Positions 19,714-30,461 of a stretch of 64,000 bases of DNA are shown in pieces. The notes under the pieces were generated by a model. That model had not been told where the DNA came from and did not search any database. It saw only the letters and a program-made list of their open reading frames with translations. The DNA comes from Oligoflexales bacterium. GTDB taxonomy: Bacteria > Bdellovibrionota_B > Oligoflexia > Oligoflexales > JAPPIL01. A program made the position numbers and the translations under genes. Within the stretch, counting starts at the first letter, position 1; each line of letters starts with the position of its first letter. The DNA lies in NCBI GenBank assembly GCA_965215515.1, contig OZ244057.1:1120001-1184000 (forward strand), written 5' to 3'.

Positions 19714-20256
19714 ATGCCCAGGAGCGACACAGGTTACACGGCGCGGCTGCGTGTTGCACTCGTCTCCTTGCTGTGCGATGACAACAAGCTGTATCGACAA
19801 TTGCTCGCACTTGTGCCGCTGGCGGTGGTGCAACTCGGCGTATTGCCCGCGTTGACGTGCGGCTATGTTGTCGGCAATGTGTTTACCGTCTGGGTAGTAC
19901 TCAATGCTGTGTTATTGCGCCTCCCGAAAGCATTGCTGCTTGCCATGCTTTCGGGACTGCTGCTGGAGACACACAACACTGCACCTCGTGGTCTGTATCT
20001 GTGTGCCTATGGCACGCTTGTCGTAGCTCTGCACCTGGTCAAGGGTCTGGTGACTTGGAATAGGGGAGGTGCATGGCTCGCCGTGCTCGTGACCGCGGAA
20101 CTGTGGTTGCTGGTGTTGGAGAACGCCGCCGTAGCGATACCGCTGACCGATATGTGGTCGCACCACAGCAGATACCTGTTGCGTCTCGTGGGCACTTGTC
20201 TGATAGGCTACGCACTGTACAAGTACAGCGCGATGACAACGCACAAAATTCGTTAG
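19714..20256 (+). CDS. MreD-like membrane protein
   Basis: Multi-TM, about 180 aa, abuts mrdA; identity rests mainly on position. Confidence 0.55.
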   Translation: MPRSDTGYTARLRVALVSLLCDDNKLYRQLLALVPLAVVQLGVLPALTCGYVVGNVFTVWVVLNAVLLRLPKALLLAMLSGLLLETHNTAPRGLYLCAYGTLVVALHLVKGLVTWNRGGAWLAVLVTAELWLLVLENAAVAIPLTDMWSHHSRYLLRLVGTCLIGYALYKYSAMTTHKIR

Positions 20257-22128
20257 ATGCTGAAGACACTGCCACCCTCCGCGGTCATTGGGGAACGTAA
20301 ATTCAAGCTTGCCGCGTTGGCGGTATTGGCGGTCGCCCTTATCTTGGTGATAAGGCTGTGGTACGTGCAGATTTACCGCGGTGCTTATTACAGTCGTATC
20401 GCCGAGCACAATCGCATGCGCAAAATCGCCATCCCCGCGCCGCGCGGTCTTATCTACGATCGGCACGGTCGTCTGCTCCTCGGCAACCGCCCTTCTTTCA
20501 ACCTGCTTTATGTTCCGCAGGACGCACGGCAACGGGAACACACTTTGCAGCTGCTGGCCGAACTGGTGCAGGTGCCTGCTACCGCTTTGGCACAGCGCAT
20601 TGCGGCGGGACGTGGTCGACCAGCGTTTCTACCTCTCGTGCTCAAACGTGATCTCTCGCAGCACGAGGTAGCGCTGCTGAACATCAACCGCATGTACTTG
20701 CCAGGCATCGACACAGGCATGTTTCCCCAGCGCCACTATCCCGAAGGCTCGCCCGCCCATCTGCTCGGCTATCTCGGACAGAACGATGCCGACACCTTGC
20801 GCACCTATCGTCGTCGCTACCCGCGCAAAAACTATCAGCCTGGCGATCTTGTCGGCAAACAGGGATTGGAACTGCGTTGGGAATCCTATCTGCGTGGGAT
20901 ACGGGGCTACGAAGTCGTGCAGGTCGATGCCTTCGGGCGGCGTGTCCCGCGCACCCGACGGCTCGACTTGCGTTTGCCGCGCCAAGCGGCTGTGCCAGGG
21001 GCAAACCTCGAACTGACGCTCGACTACGAGTTACAGCGGAGTGTCGCCGCGGCCTTCAAAGACAAGCAGGGGGCGGTGATTGCCATCAACCCTCGCAACG
21101 GTGCGATTCTTGCGCTGTTAAGTATGCCACAGTTCGACCCACGGATGTATCTCCGTAGGCTATCGCAGCAACGCTGGCAGGCACTGTTGGCTAATCCCTT
21201 TCATCCGCTGCTCGATAAAACGACGGGAGGTGAATACGCCCCAGGTAGTATCTACAAAGTCGTCACTGCCCTCGCCGCGCTGGGCGATAGGATTATCACA
21301 CCGCAAACCCAGTTTGCGTGCCGCGGCAGACTTGCGGTAGGACGGGATACTTTCCACTGCCACCAAAGACGAGGGCATGGTGTAGTCAACCTCAAGCAGG
21401 CACTGGTACGGTCATGCGATGTGTTTTTTTATCATCTCGGCCTGACTTTAGGAGTCGATCGTATCGCCCACTATGCTCACCGTTTCGCTTTAGGGCGCAA
21501 GCTCGGTCTCAATCTCAACGCCGAACGGCAGGGTTTGATTCCCACCCGTGCGTGGAAACGAAGACGGCACGGGCATAAGTGGCAGCGGGGAGAGAACACA
21601 GGCATTGCCATCGGACAGAGTTATAATCTGCTCACACCCCTGCAGATGGTCAGCCTCTACGCGGCCATCGCGAACGGCGGTAAGATTTGGCGACCCTGGT
21701 TGGTACGGCGGATCGTCGATCACTACGGTAAACCTCTCGCACACTATGAGGCAAGCCTACTGCAACACAGCGGCAACGATGCCCGACACTTACAACTGCT
21801 CAGAAACTATCTACGTGCTGTCGTCACTGATCCGCAAGGCACAGGACGGCGTGCTGACCTCGCGGGGGTGGAGATTGCGGGCAAGACAGGCTCAGTGCAG
21901 ACAATCAGCCTACACAGGTACCAGAAAAACGCTGAGGTCAGCACTAAATGGCGCGAGCATGCCATCTTTGCCGCCTTCTCTCCGCAGGAGAATGCCGACA
22001 TCGCCGTTATCGTCGTCAGCGAAAACGATCGCATCGGAGGCGGAGGCACGGCCGCGGCACCGATCGCCGCGCAAATCATCGCCGTCTGGCGACAACTACA
22101 ACGCAACAAACGCACCGCGCAACGGTAG
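20257..22128 (+). CDS. mrdA: penicillin-binding protein 2
   Basis: APRGLIYDR, PGSIYK (SxxK), SCDVFFY, AGKTGS. Confidence 0.95.
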   Translation: MLKTLPPSAVIGERKFKLAALAVLAVALILVIRLWYVQIYRGAYYSRIAEHNRMRKIAIPAPRGLIYDRHGRLLLGNRPSFNLLYVPQDARQREHTLQLLAELVQVPATALAQRIAAGRGRPAFLPLVLKRDLSQHEVALLNINRMYLPGIDTGMFPQRHYPEGSPAHLLGYLGQNDADTLRTYRRRYPRKNYQPGDLVGKQGLELRWESYLRGIRGYEVVQVDAFGRRVPRTRRLDLRLPRQAAVPGANLELTLDYELQRSVAAAFKDKQGAVIAINPRNGAILALLSMPQFDPRMYLRRLSQQRWQALLANPFHPLLDKTTGGEYAPGSIYKVVTALAALGDRIITPQTQFACRGRLAVGRDTFHCHQRRGHGVVNLKQALVRSCDVFFYHLGLTLGVDRIAHYAHRFALGRKLGLNLNAERQGLIPTRAWKRRRHGHKWQRGENTGIAIGQSYNLLTPLQMVSLYAAIANGGKIWRPWLVRRIVDHYGKPLAHYEASLLQHSGNDARHLQLLRNYLRAVVTDPQGTGRRADLAGVEIAGKTGSVQTISLHRYQKNAEVSTKWREHAIFAAFSPQENADIAVIVVSENDRIGGGGTAAAPIAAQIIAVWRQLQRNKRTAQR

Positions 22129-22165
22129 AGAGGGGCTCACGCAGAAAGTTACCGCCTTAAAGCCC

Positions 22166-23134
22166 CTAGGCGACGGTGCGGGAGGACGCGGATTGCACGC
22201 GGGTAGCGACGAATCCCTGATAGATGTCCTGCCCATCACGGATGTTTTCTTGTTCCGCTGCAACTGCGTCTGACTGCACTAGATACTTCAGCACCGCCTG
22301 TCGCGGGTAGCGGATACGACAAGCTTCGAGAATCAAATAACAATCATATAGCATTTGATGTGCGCTCGCATAGCGTTTGGAAGCTTCATAGCTGAGTGCT
22401 TTTCTGAGCATTTTGACCAGCAGTCGCCGTATTTTGTTGTCGGAGCAGGGAACGTCGAATGTGATGCGCCGCATGAGAGAAGAAACCAGCTTGCGATCTT
22501 TGCTCGCGGTTACGGCTCGTCGTCCGTTGATCAGTTCGTAGAGGATCAAACCTACGCAATAGGTATCGGAGGCGTAGCCGAGAGCACTGCTGTCGATATG
22601 TTCGGGGGAGTAGTAGCCTGGTGTGCCGATGAGGTAATTTTTGTGATTTTCATACTTGCTCGATAAACCGAAATCAGTCAACACGATACGCCCTGTGCGT
22701 TCCACCAAAAAATTACCCGCCGACAGGTCGTAGTGCATAAAATCACGCACGTGCAGATGATCGAGGCCCTGTAAAATCTGAAAAACGATGGACAGTGCCA
22801 CCAACGGCGGCAGTTCCCCGTGGCGTTTGATGAACTCCATCCCCGACCAGCCGTCGATGAATTCGGTCGCGATGTAGCAACGCGGTGGCTTGAAACAACT
22901 GTCGTAATAACGCACGATGTTGCGATGCTGCAAACTGGAGTGCACAATTATTTCCTGATGAAACTTGCCGATGAACTTTCTGTTGCAGTAGAGACTGTCG
23001 CGGATAACCTTCAACGCGACGGTAACGTGGTTGCGAAGATGCACCGCCCTGAACACCTGCCCCAACCCGCCCACTCCGATTTCGGAGATAATGCGATAGT
23101 CACCGATTACCGTTCCTGTCTTCAGCGAACGCAT
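22166..23134 (-). CDS. Hanks-type Ser/Thr protein kinase, soluble
   Basis: IGVGGLGQV, VALK, HYDLSAGN, TDFG, GTPGYYSPE. Confidence 0.9.
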   Translation of the reverse strand: MRSLKTGTVIGDYRIISEIGVGGLGQVFRAVHLRNHVTVALKVIRDSLYCNRKFIGKFHQEIIVHSSLQHRNIVRYYDSCFKPPRCYIATEFIDGWSGMEFIKRHGELPPLVALSIVFQILQGLDHLHVRDFMHYDLSAGNFLVERTGRIVLTDFGLSSKYENHKNYLIGTPGYYSPEHIDSSALGYASDTYCVGLILYELINGRRAVTASKDRKLVSSLMRRITFDVPCSDNKIRRLLVKMLRKALSYEASKRYASAHQMLYDCYLILEACRIRYPRQAVLKYLVQSDAVAAEQENIRDGQDIYQGFVATRVQSASSRTVA

Positions 23135-23197
23135 GCTGCCTCAGCTCCGTATCCGTCCCCACGGCATAGCTGTCCATCGGCGCGTTGGCAAAAACCT

Positions 23198-23980
23198 CTA
23201 AGGGCGACGAGCGAGAAATTCCTGCAACGTGCGTGGGTAGTCGGTGATAAAACCATCGACCCCCGCCCGTAACAATCTTTCCCACTCCTGCGGGCTGTTG
23301 ACGGTATACGCCACGACACGCTTGCCCGCAAATTGTAACCAAGCCACACGGCGCGGGGTCAGGAGGGAAGCGGGCGCGGGCACGATGTCGGTGATGAGGG
23401 CAATTTCTTGCCACAGAGACATTTTCTTGAGCATGCCAACGATACGCAGATCGGCGGATTGCAGATTGATACGATGACTCAAACCGCTGTCTGCAACAAC
23501 AGCAAGCACCGCCCGCACGAAGGTGGGTAACTTACGCCAGCTGACTCGCTTGAGTTCAAACATCAGCTCGACCTGAGCAGCGTGCCCCGCAATGATCTCC
23601 AGTACTTCCCGCAGCGTAAGGATATGGTGTGGGACCGCGCGCTGAGCGGGGAAACGCGGGTTGACTCGCACACCGCAGCGCAGTGCCTTGATCTCCGCCA
23701 GCGACAACGCCGCGACAGACAGAGCCGCGGGTATGGTACTGCCATCCCGTCGTACACACAGATGGGGGTCGATGTGGGCATCGTGATAGACGACAGGGAC
23801 CTCATCGGCGCTGAGACGCAGGTCTAATTCGATAAAATCCACCCCGAGGGCTAGACTATGCGCTATCGCCGCGGGGCTGGCTTGGGGAAAATCCCCCATG
23901 CCAGCACGGTGACTCATGACGAGCGGCGTAGCCTGCAACCCGCCACCCAACAGGCACAAAAACAGTACACCGCGTCCCAT
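23198..23980 (-). CDS. glycerophosphodiester phosphodiesterase
   Basis: SHRAG, IELDLRLSAD..VVYHD, YTVN, GVDGFITDYP. Confidence 0.9.
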   Translation of the reverse strand: MGRGVLFLCLLGGGLQATPLVMSHRAGMGDFPQASPAAIAHSLALGVDFIELDLRLSADEVPVVYHDAHIDPHLCVRRDGSTIPAALSVAALSLAEIKALRCGVRVNPRFPAQRAVPHHILTLREVLEIIAGHAAQVELMFELKRVSWRKLPTFVRAVLAVVADSGLSHRINLQSADLRIVGMLKKMSLWQEIALITDIVPAPASLLTPRRVAWLQFAGKRVVAYTVNSPQEWERLLRAGVDGFITDYPRTLQEFLARRP

Positions 23981-24110
23981 GATATAAAGCATCCTCGTTG
24001 CACGACAGCCTATAATAGAGTATCGTCGCGCCAGCGCGGCTGTGTGTAAATCAGTTTTGCCCGACCGTTCTTTGGTGATCACGCAAAAATCCAGTTAAGA
24101 TGTTGGAATT

Positions 24111-25289
24111 GTGAAACTATTATTTAAACTGATCGCTACTTGCCCCACCGAGAGCAGAACATTACTGGCGGAAGAGCTGCGGCAGATGGGGGCGACTGAC
24201 ATCATGGCAGATTTTCGTTCCGTCTACTTCAGTGCCGATGTGTCCGTGTACTACGAAGTGCATCTCCGCTTGCGCACCGCTAGCGGTCTCTTCCGTATCC
24301 TCAAGACGGTGCGTGCCCCGACGGAAGAAATGCTGAGCAATCAGAGTGCACGCATCGCGTGGCCACAGCTGTTCGATGGTGAGCATTCATTCCGCGTCGA
24401 TGGTATCGATGCCGATCGTAGCGGATGCGGGATGGCGGGTAACGTCATCAGTAAAAAAATAAAAGAAGGTATCTTGCGCAGCTTTCGCCAGAAAAATAGC
24501 CCCCCGCCCGCGGTCGCGCTGAAAAACCCGCGGGTGTTAGTTATCGGCTACAACCAACGTTACAAGTGCACCATCAGTGTCGATACCGCGGGTCAGAGCC
24601 TGCACAAGCGCGGCTACCGCGGTGCAGGCACACATCCCGCCCCGCTGAAGGAAACGCTAGCCGCGGCCATCTTGCAGCAGATCGGCTATCGCGGGCGCAA
24701 ACCGCTGCTCGATATGATGTGCGGCAGCGGCACTATCGCCATCGAAGCGGCGATGATCGCTTTACGGCAGGCTCCGCTGCTACAACGCCCCGCGGGGGTG
24801 TTCGGCTTCGAGCGGTTATTGGATTTCAACCCTGAGCTATGGCGTGCGACGAGGGAACGACTGCAACGCGAGACTCGCCCCAAGCTCAGTGCTCCGATTT
24901 TCGCGTCGGACATCGAAGACAACTACGTACAATTGGCACGTGCCAATGCTGCCCGTGCGGGCGTGGCGCAGTTCATCGCATTCTCCACCTGCCCTTTCGC
25001 CGAAGTGCGGGTGGATTGTGCTCCTGGCATCGTTATCGCCAACCTTCCCTACGGCGATCGCATGGCTGCGGGAGACGGTTTGACGGAGTTGTATGGCAGG
25101 ATGGGCGACTTCCTGAAACGCAATTTCTCTGGCTGGGAGGCCGTGCTGATTACCGCGACCTACAGTCCGTGGCGCAGTATAGGCCTCCATCCGCGCAAAA
25201 AATTCAAGTTTTTCAACGGCAAGATAGAAATCACCGTGCTGGTCTTTGAGCTTTACGCGGGCAGTCGCAGGAGAATCGTTCGTAGCTAG
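24111..25289 (+). CDS. rlmL: THUMP-domain rRNA methyltransferase (RlmL-like, m2G2445)
   Basis: SLHKRGYR, APLKETLAA, DMMCGSGTIAIEAA, NLPYG. Confidence 0.85.
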   Translation: MKLLFKLIATCPTESRTLLAEELRQMGATDIMADFRSVYFSADVSVYYEVHLRLRTASGLFRILKTVRAPTEEMLSNQSARIAWPQLFDGEHSFRVDGIDADRSGCGMAGNVISKKIKEGILRSFRQKNSPPPAVALKNPRVLVIGYNQRYKCTISVDTAGQSLHKRGYRGAGTHPAPLKETLAAAILQQIGYRGRKPLLDMMCGSGTIAIEAAMIALRQAPLLQRPAGVFGFERLLDFNPELWRATRERLQRETRPKLSAPIFASDIEDNYVQLARANAARAGVAQFIAFSTCPFAEVRVDCAPGIVIANLPYGDRMAAGDGLTELYGRMGDFLKRNFSGWEAVLITATYSPWRSIGLHPRKKFKFFNGKIEITVLVFELYAGSRRRIVRS

Positions 25290-27487
25290 GCAGAATCCTG
25301 TTCCGTAGTGCTGCCCTCGCTGCCACTGAGGGGCAGTTCGACGACGAACTCCGTGCCCTCGGCAAGACGTTCCAGTCTGATCACACCGCGGTGTTTGGCC
25401 ACGATGTCGTGCGAGAGTGATAGACCGAGCCCCGTGCCTTTGTCGGTGGGTTTGGTGGTGAAGAAGGGGTCGAAGACCTTCTTCACGAGTTTTTCAGGGA
25501 TACCCAAACCGTTGTCTCGTACCCTGATCTCCGCCAGCGGAGAGTGGTCATCGCCTGTTTTTTTGGTTGTTACCCAAACTGTCGGGCGGTAGTCGCTACC
25601 TGCCTCGCCCCTGAGTCTTTTTTCGTCTACCGCATCACAGGCGTTGGTCACCAGATTGAGGATAACACGCGAGATGTCCTGCGGATTTATCCTAACTTTG
25701 TCGATGCGCTCATCGTAAGATTTTTTGATGTCAACGTTAAACTCCTTGCTCGATGTGCGTTTCCCCTGATAGGCGAGATTGATCGTGCTATCGAGGAAAC
25801 GGCTGAAGACAACCTCCTCGGTCGCTCCCGAATCCCCGCCCCGTGAATGCTGCAACATACCTTTCACGATATCGTTAGCACGCTGCCCGTGGAAGTTGAT
25901 CTTCTCCATATTGCCGTAGAGATCACGCAGCACCTCCTCGATGAAGGACTTGTTTGCGGGAGGTAACTTGTCCCCTGCCTCAGTGACCTCACGGGAAATA
26001 TCTTCCAGTAACTCTCGTGATACGAGCGAAAAGTTAGTGATGAAATTCAGCGGATTCTTGATCTCGTGGGCAATACCAGAGGTTAGCTGCCCTAGCGATG
26101 CGAGTTTCTCCTGCATAATCATCTGCTGCTGTGCGTTTCTGAGCTTGAGGATGGTGCTCTCCAACGCGACATTTTTTTCTTGGTTTTCTTTGGCCAGACG
26201 CTCGACCAGTTCCAGCTTCTGTGCTTCGTAGGCATGCTGGCGAAATACCTCCAGCGAGCGACTCATGTCGGTGATCTCGTCGTTGCCGCGAATGGTTAGC
26301 GGGGTACGCAAATTGCCTTGCGATAGCGTAATCATGGTATTCGATAGGTTCTTGATTCTGCCAATTAAATTTTTGCGCACCAGAAAATTACCCACCAGAA
26401 CGGCGATAATTACTGAAATGATGTTGAGGGCAAAGAACTCGTTACGGCGATGCATTATCGCTTGAGCGAAAATATCCGAAGTGCCGCTGCTCGCATTTTG
26501 AATGCCGCTGATTAGTTTCTCGGTTTGTTGCGACAGTCCTCCGACGATGCTGTCATTGCCAGCTAGATAAGCGCTCTGACGAGCTTCTTCCTGAAACACG
26601 GCTTCCATCATCTGGAACAAACCACCTTCGGGGTCATTGTCGTTGTCGGCATCACCTAACCCCAAAGATCTGATAACCTCGTAGCTTCCGCGTGCTTGCT
26701 GTTGCAGCTCACCGTCGGTAATGTGCAACAGCATATGTGCACAGGTATCGACTGCGGCACGAAAACGTTCTCGCAGAGGCTGAATCAGGTCGCCGTTACT
26801 GACCTGCACCGTTTCACCGAGCAGGTTGGCCGCACGTTGTGACTGCGAGCGCAGCGTCATCAAACTACGGTAGTAGCTGACCGCATCGCCGCGCAAACGC
26901 CGCGCAGGAGGAACAGGCCGCGGTTGGTTAATTGTCTTCCAGCCTGTGTTGAGGAAGAAGGTCTGGTTGTCGATTCCCATGAGGAGAAAATTGTCTAGGG
27001 TTCGTGCTTCTTGTAATGCTTTCTCGGTGGCTGCTTTTATCTTCCTGCGGATACCGATGGTGGTGTAGACGGACTTTTCCAGCAATGCCAAGTTGTTGAG
27101 CAGATCTGCGGAAAAACCCTTGAACTTGGTGAGCACGGCGACGTTGCTATCCGCATCGGGGTTGATCTTTGCTAGTTCTTGCAGTTCCTCATCGAGACGC
27201 TCGGCATGTGTATCGACGGTGGCTCTTACTGCACGTACCTCCCCCTCCGAGGTTGCACTGCGCAAGCGTGCCGCGGCATTCGCGAGGGCAACGCTTTCCT
27301 GCCCCATGCCGATGGCGATAGAAAGTTCAGGAATATGGTGACCAGTGATGTTTTTTTGAATGTCGTTCATCTGCAGCAACGACACTCGTCCCAGCAAACT
27401 GGTCAGCATGATCAGGGCGACGAACACGCCGAGGATCACGTACAGTTGCAACCCGATTGAAAATCTGAATTTTTTCTTTTCACCCAA
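25286..27487 (-). CDS. membrane sensor histidine kinase (large periplasmic helical domain, HAMP)
   Basis: Two TMs, GNDEITDM (HAMP), AHEIKNPL, NLVTNACDA, DNGLGI, PFFTTK, GTGLGL. Confidence 0.93.
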   Translation of the reverse strand: MGEKKKFRFSIGLQLYVILGVFVALIMLTSLLGRVSLLQMNDIQKNITGHHIPELSIAIGMGQESVALANAAARLRSATSEGEVRAVRATVDTHAERLDEELQELAKINPDADSNVAVLTKFKGFSADLLNNLALLEKSVYTTIGIRRKIKAATEKALQEARTLDNFLLMGIDNQTFFLNTGWKTINQPRPVPPARRLRGDAVSYYRSLMTLRSQSQRAANLLGETVQVSNGDLIQPLRERFRAAVDTCAHMLLHITDGELQQQARGSYEVIRSLGLGDADNDNDPEGGLFQMMEAVFQEEARQSAYLAGNDSIVGGLSQQTEKLISGIQNASSGTSDIFAQAIMHRRNEFFALNIISVIIAVLVGNFLVRKNLIGRIKNLSNTMITLSQGNLRTPLTIRGNDEITDMSRSLEVFRQHAYEAQKLELVERLAKENQEKNVALESTILKLRNAQQQMIMQEKLASLGQLTSGIAHEIKNPLNFITNFSLVSRELLEDISREVTEAGDKLPPANKSFIEEVLRDLYGNMEKINFHGQRANDIVKGMLQHSRGGDSGATEEVVFSRFLDSTINLAYQGKRTSSKEFNVDIKKSYDERIDKVRINPQDISRVILNLVTNACDAVDEKRLRGEAGSDYRPTVWVTTKKTGDDHSPLAEIRVRDNGLGIPEKLVKKVFDPFFTTKPTDKGTGLGLSLSHDIVAKHRGVIRLERLAEGTEFVVELPLSGSEGSTTEQDSA

Positions 27488-27516
27488 AATCAGCTGTCCT
27501 CCCTCCTCGCCTTACT

Positions 27517-28716
27517 TCACTTTTTTTTGCGCAGCCCGACAAGGCGGCGCACTGGCGTTATCTTACCGCGATAAACACGGGTCAGAAAGACGCTATCCGA
27601 ACCTTGATTGTCCTCCTTGTCGTAGGTAAGCTGCAAGTCATCGATAGCAAACGTGGTTAACGTATGTTTGAAAGATTGCAAAAAACTGCTGTGATCGACA
27701 TCCGCCCCCGCCTTCTCTAGAGCCGCGCTCACCAGACGGCCGACGACGTAGCCCTCCAACGAGATAAAACCAGGCTTCGCCTTGGGGGCGACTGCCTGCA
27801 GTGCCTTACGGTAGTTGGCTACCAGCGGGCTGCGTAGGTTGTCGGGGGGTGGCACGACCTGTGTTACATACACGCGTGAGCGGTTTTTTTGCAGTTGGGC
27901 GGCCATCGGCGTAACCCCCGTGAACGACACGGCCATGAACACCGTCGTGCGCATACCTATCTTGTTAGCCCACTTGATGAAGGTGGCGACGGGCAGGTAC
28001 GAACCGATGGAGATGATCGCCTGTGGCTTGCCGCGTTTGATGTCGAGCAAAGCGGTTTTGACGGCGAGTGTATTGCGGCGATAAGAACCAGACGAGACGA
28101 GTTCGGTGCCCTTGACCTCCTTCACCGCAGCCTGTACCCCGCGCAATCCGTCCAAACCGTACGAATCGTTCTGATAGAGCACGGCGATGCGCCTGATGTT
28201 TAAATCCTTGCGCAATCTGATCACCATCTCTTTGGTCTCTTGGGCGTAGGAAGCACGCACGTTAATCACCGTGTTCACATGCGACGTGCGCAGGAAGGAA
28301 GCACCCGTGAACGGGCCGATGTAGAGCAGGGCGGTTTTAGCGACAATCGGCAACGCCGCTTTAGAAGTCGGTGTGCCCACACCTCCGACTAGGGTAAAAA
28401 CTTTTTCTTTCTTGATCAACTCGTGGATATTGGTGATCGTCTGTTCTGGTTCGTAGCCGTCGTCTTTGCTAATCAGACGTAGCTTGCGTCCGTGTACACC
28501 ACCGTCAGCATTCACCGCTTCGAAGGCGGCGAGAATACCGAGCCGCATATTGATGCCCAACCCTTTGGCGACACCCGTCAGTGCGGCTGTCTGCCCGATC
28601 AAAATCTCGCTATCGCTGATGCCTTGGCGAGGGTCGATCGTCATGCCCTCGCCCGTCTCCCCCCGCGCGGGGAGGACTACCAAAAACCACAGGACTGCCA
28701 CACGCCAAACCGTCAC
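27517..28716 (-). CDS. periplasmic ligand-binding protein (LivJ/AmiC-like)
   Basis: IGQTAALTG, GGVHGRKL, DDGYEP, GVGTPT, NVRASY. Confidence 0.88.
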   Translation of the reverse strand: MTVWRVAVLWFLVVLPARGETGEGMTIDPRQGISDSEILIGQTAALTGVAKGLGINMRLGILAAFEAVNADGGVHGRKLRLISKDDGYEPEQTITNIHELIKKEKVFTLVGGVGTPTSKAALPIVAKTALLYIGPFTGASFLRTSHVNTVINVRASYAQETKEMVIRLRKDLNIRRIAVLYQNDSYGLDGLRGVQAAVKEVKGTELVSSGSYRRNTLAVKTALLDIKRGKPQAIISIGSYLPVATFIKWANKIGMRTTVFMAVSFTGVTPMAAQLQKNRSRVYVTQVVPPPDNLRSPLVANYRKALQAVAPKAKPGFISLEGYVVGRLVSAALEKAGADVDHSSFLQSFKHTLTTFAIDDLQLTYDKEDNQGSDSVFLTRVYRGKITPVRRLVGLRKKK

Positions 28717-29876
28717 CGTCGTGCCCCCAGGTAACGTAACGACAGATAGGTAAGATCATCGAATTGCTGCACACCCGCGGCGAATTCTAGCACTTTACGG
28801 TAAACATGCTCATCGTGTTCTGGTAGCGACCTGCCCGCCTGACCTGCTAGCTCAGCGATCAGTCGTTCTTCGCCATATTCCTCGCCGTCGGCGTTCATCG
28901 CTTCGGTAACACCGTCGGTGTAGACAAAAATGGTATCCTGTGGCTGCATGACGGTACTCCGCTCGGAAAATTTCTCCCCCTCCGAGATACCGAGGGGGAC
29001 ATCCTCGGTAAGCGGCAGCAGTTTGCACTTCCCGTCGCGGTCGATGAAGATAGGCGGCGTATGTCCTGCGTTGGTGTAGACCATTTCGCCTGAGGCGGTG
29101 TTCAAGATACCGAGAAAGATGGTGATGAACATGCAGTTTTCGTTGTTTTCGCAGCACTTCTCGTTGATTTTGCTGAGCAGCTCACCTGTGGAGATACTCA
29201 AACCCGAAGCCATGCCCCTGATCAGGGCCTGATTGGCCATCGCAAACAACGAGGCGGGAACACCTTTGCCCGACACATCCGCGACCAGAAAGGCGGTGTG
29301 TTCCGTGTCGAGTTGGAAAAAATCATAAAAATCCCCCCCCACCTCCTTCGCGGGGGTCATGAAAGCGTGGATGTCGCAACTTTTGTGGACGTTGAAGCCG
29401 TGCGGCAGAATGGATTTCTGAATCTTGTGTGCGAGGTTCAGTTCCTTCTTCAGCACCAGCAGGTCGTCGCGGGAACGCAGCGCTTCCCGTGTCTGATTGA
29501 GATTGCGATAGCTGCGCTGGATAGTCAGCTCCATATCCTGAAAATTGATCGGTTTGGTGATAAAGTCGAACGCTCCGTTGTTCATCGCCGTGCGAATATT
29601 GTCGATATCGCTGTAAGCGGAGACGACAATCGTGCGCAGGTCGAAACCCTCCTCGCCGATCTTCTGCAAGAGTGTCAACCCGTCCATCTTGGGCATATTG
29701 ATGTCGGACAACACGATGTCGATGATTGAGTGGTTCTCACGCAACACCTCCAGCGCCTCTTCCCCGTTGCGGCTGAAGGTAAATTCCCACTCCTTGCGAT
29801 GCACTTTGCGGCGGAATTTCTGCATGATGAGGGTTTCGACATCGACCTCGTCATCCACCACCAGAATCTTTACCAT
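28713..29876 (-). CDS. response regulator receiver - PP2C (SpoIIE/RsbU) phosphatase
   Basis: ILVVDDE, SDINMPKMDG; EVGGDFYD, ADVSGKG, YTDGVTEA, QFDD. Confidence 0.93.
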   Translation of the reverse strand: MVKILVVDDEVDVETLIMQKFRRKVHRKEWEFTFSRNGEEALEVLRENHSIIDIVLSDINMPKMDGLTLLQKIGEEGFDLRTIVVSAYSDIDNIRTAMNNGAFDFITKPINFQDMELTIQRSYRNLNQTREALRSRDDLLVLKKELNLAHKIQKSILPHGFNVHKSCDIHAFMTPAKEVGGDFYDFFQLDTEHTAFLVADVSGKGVPASLFAMANQALIRGMASGLSISTGELLSKINEKCCENNENCMFITIFLGILNTASGEMVYTNAGHTPPIFIDRDGKCKLLPLTEDVPLGISEGEKFSERSTVMQPQDTIFVYTDGVTEAMNADGEEYGEERLIAELAGQAGRSLPEHDEHVYRKVLEFAAGVQQFDDLTYLSLRYLGARR

Positions 29877-29891
29877 GGCTGCTTCTCCAAT

Positions 29892-30326
29892 TTAAACGCT
29901 GGTTCTCTTGCTCAACGTGACCTTGTTGTGGCCGTTTTTTAACTGTTCATAGGCCAGCCCATCGGTTAAATTTTTGACCAGGTGAATACCCACCCCACCG
30001 ACGGGGCGGTCTTCCAGGTCGGACTGAAAATAGACTCCACTCTCCGTTTCAACGATGTTGAACGGGATCGCGTTGTCCTCGACGGTGGCGACGATCATGC
30101 CGTCTTCACCGCCGCTGAGGGCGATGTCGATCTCGATAGCCCTCTTATCCCCCCCCTGACCGTGCTTGAAAATATTGACAACCACCTCTTCGAGGCAGAT
30201 CTTGAGATCGAAGTAGACCTTGTAGTCGAGATCGTGTGTGTCACGAAATCCGTCCAGCGCTTCCATGAACGAGTCCAGCTCCTCCTTTCGTCTGAGCTTG
30301 AACAGCAGGTCATTTTTTTGTTTCAT
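29892..30326 (-). CDS. RsbW-like anti-sigma factor / Ser kinase (HATPase)
   Basis: LEEVVVNIFKHG, VEDNAIPFN, RPVGGVGIHLV. Confidence 0.85.
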   Translation of the reverse strand: MKQKNDLLFKLRRKEELDSFMEALDGFRDTHDLDYKVYFDLKICLEEVVVNIFKHGQGGDKRAIEIDIALSGGEDGMIVATVEDNAIPFNIVETESGVYFQSDLEDRPVGGVGIHLVKNLTDGLAYEQLKNGHNKVTLSKRTSV

Positions 30327-30461
30327 TATTTTCCCAACTCCTTTATCTAATAGTATAAGGACTCTTCTGGTACGGTTGCCTGACGAACTAGCGGTCAGCT
30401 TATGAAAATGTCACATGTGAGTTAGGAAAGCAAGCGCACATTTCTTCTAACCGCAGGAGGG

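Noticed and set aside
30368..30381. Sigma54 promoter for amt (TGGTAC..TTGC)
   Set aside because: GG-to-GC spacing is 7 nt rather than the required 10.
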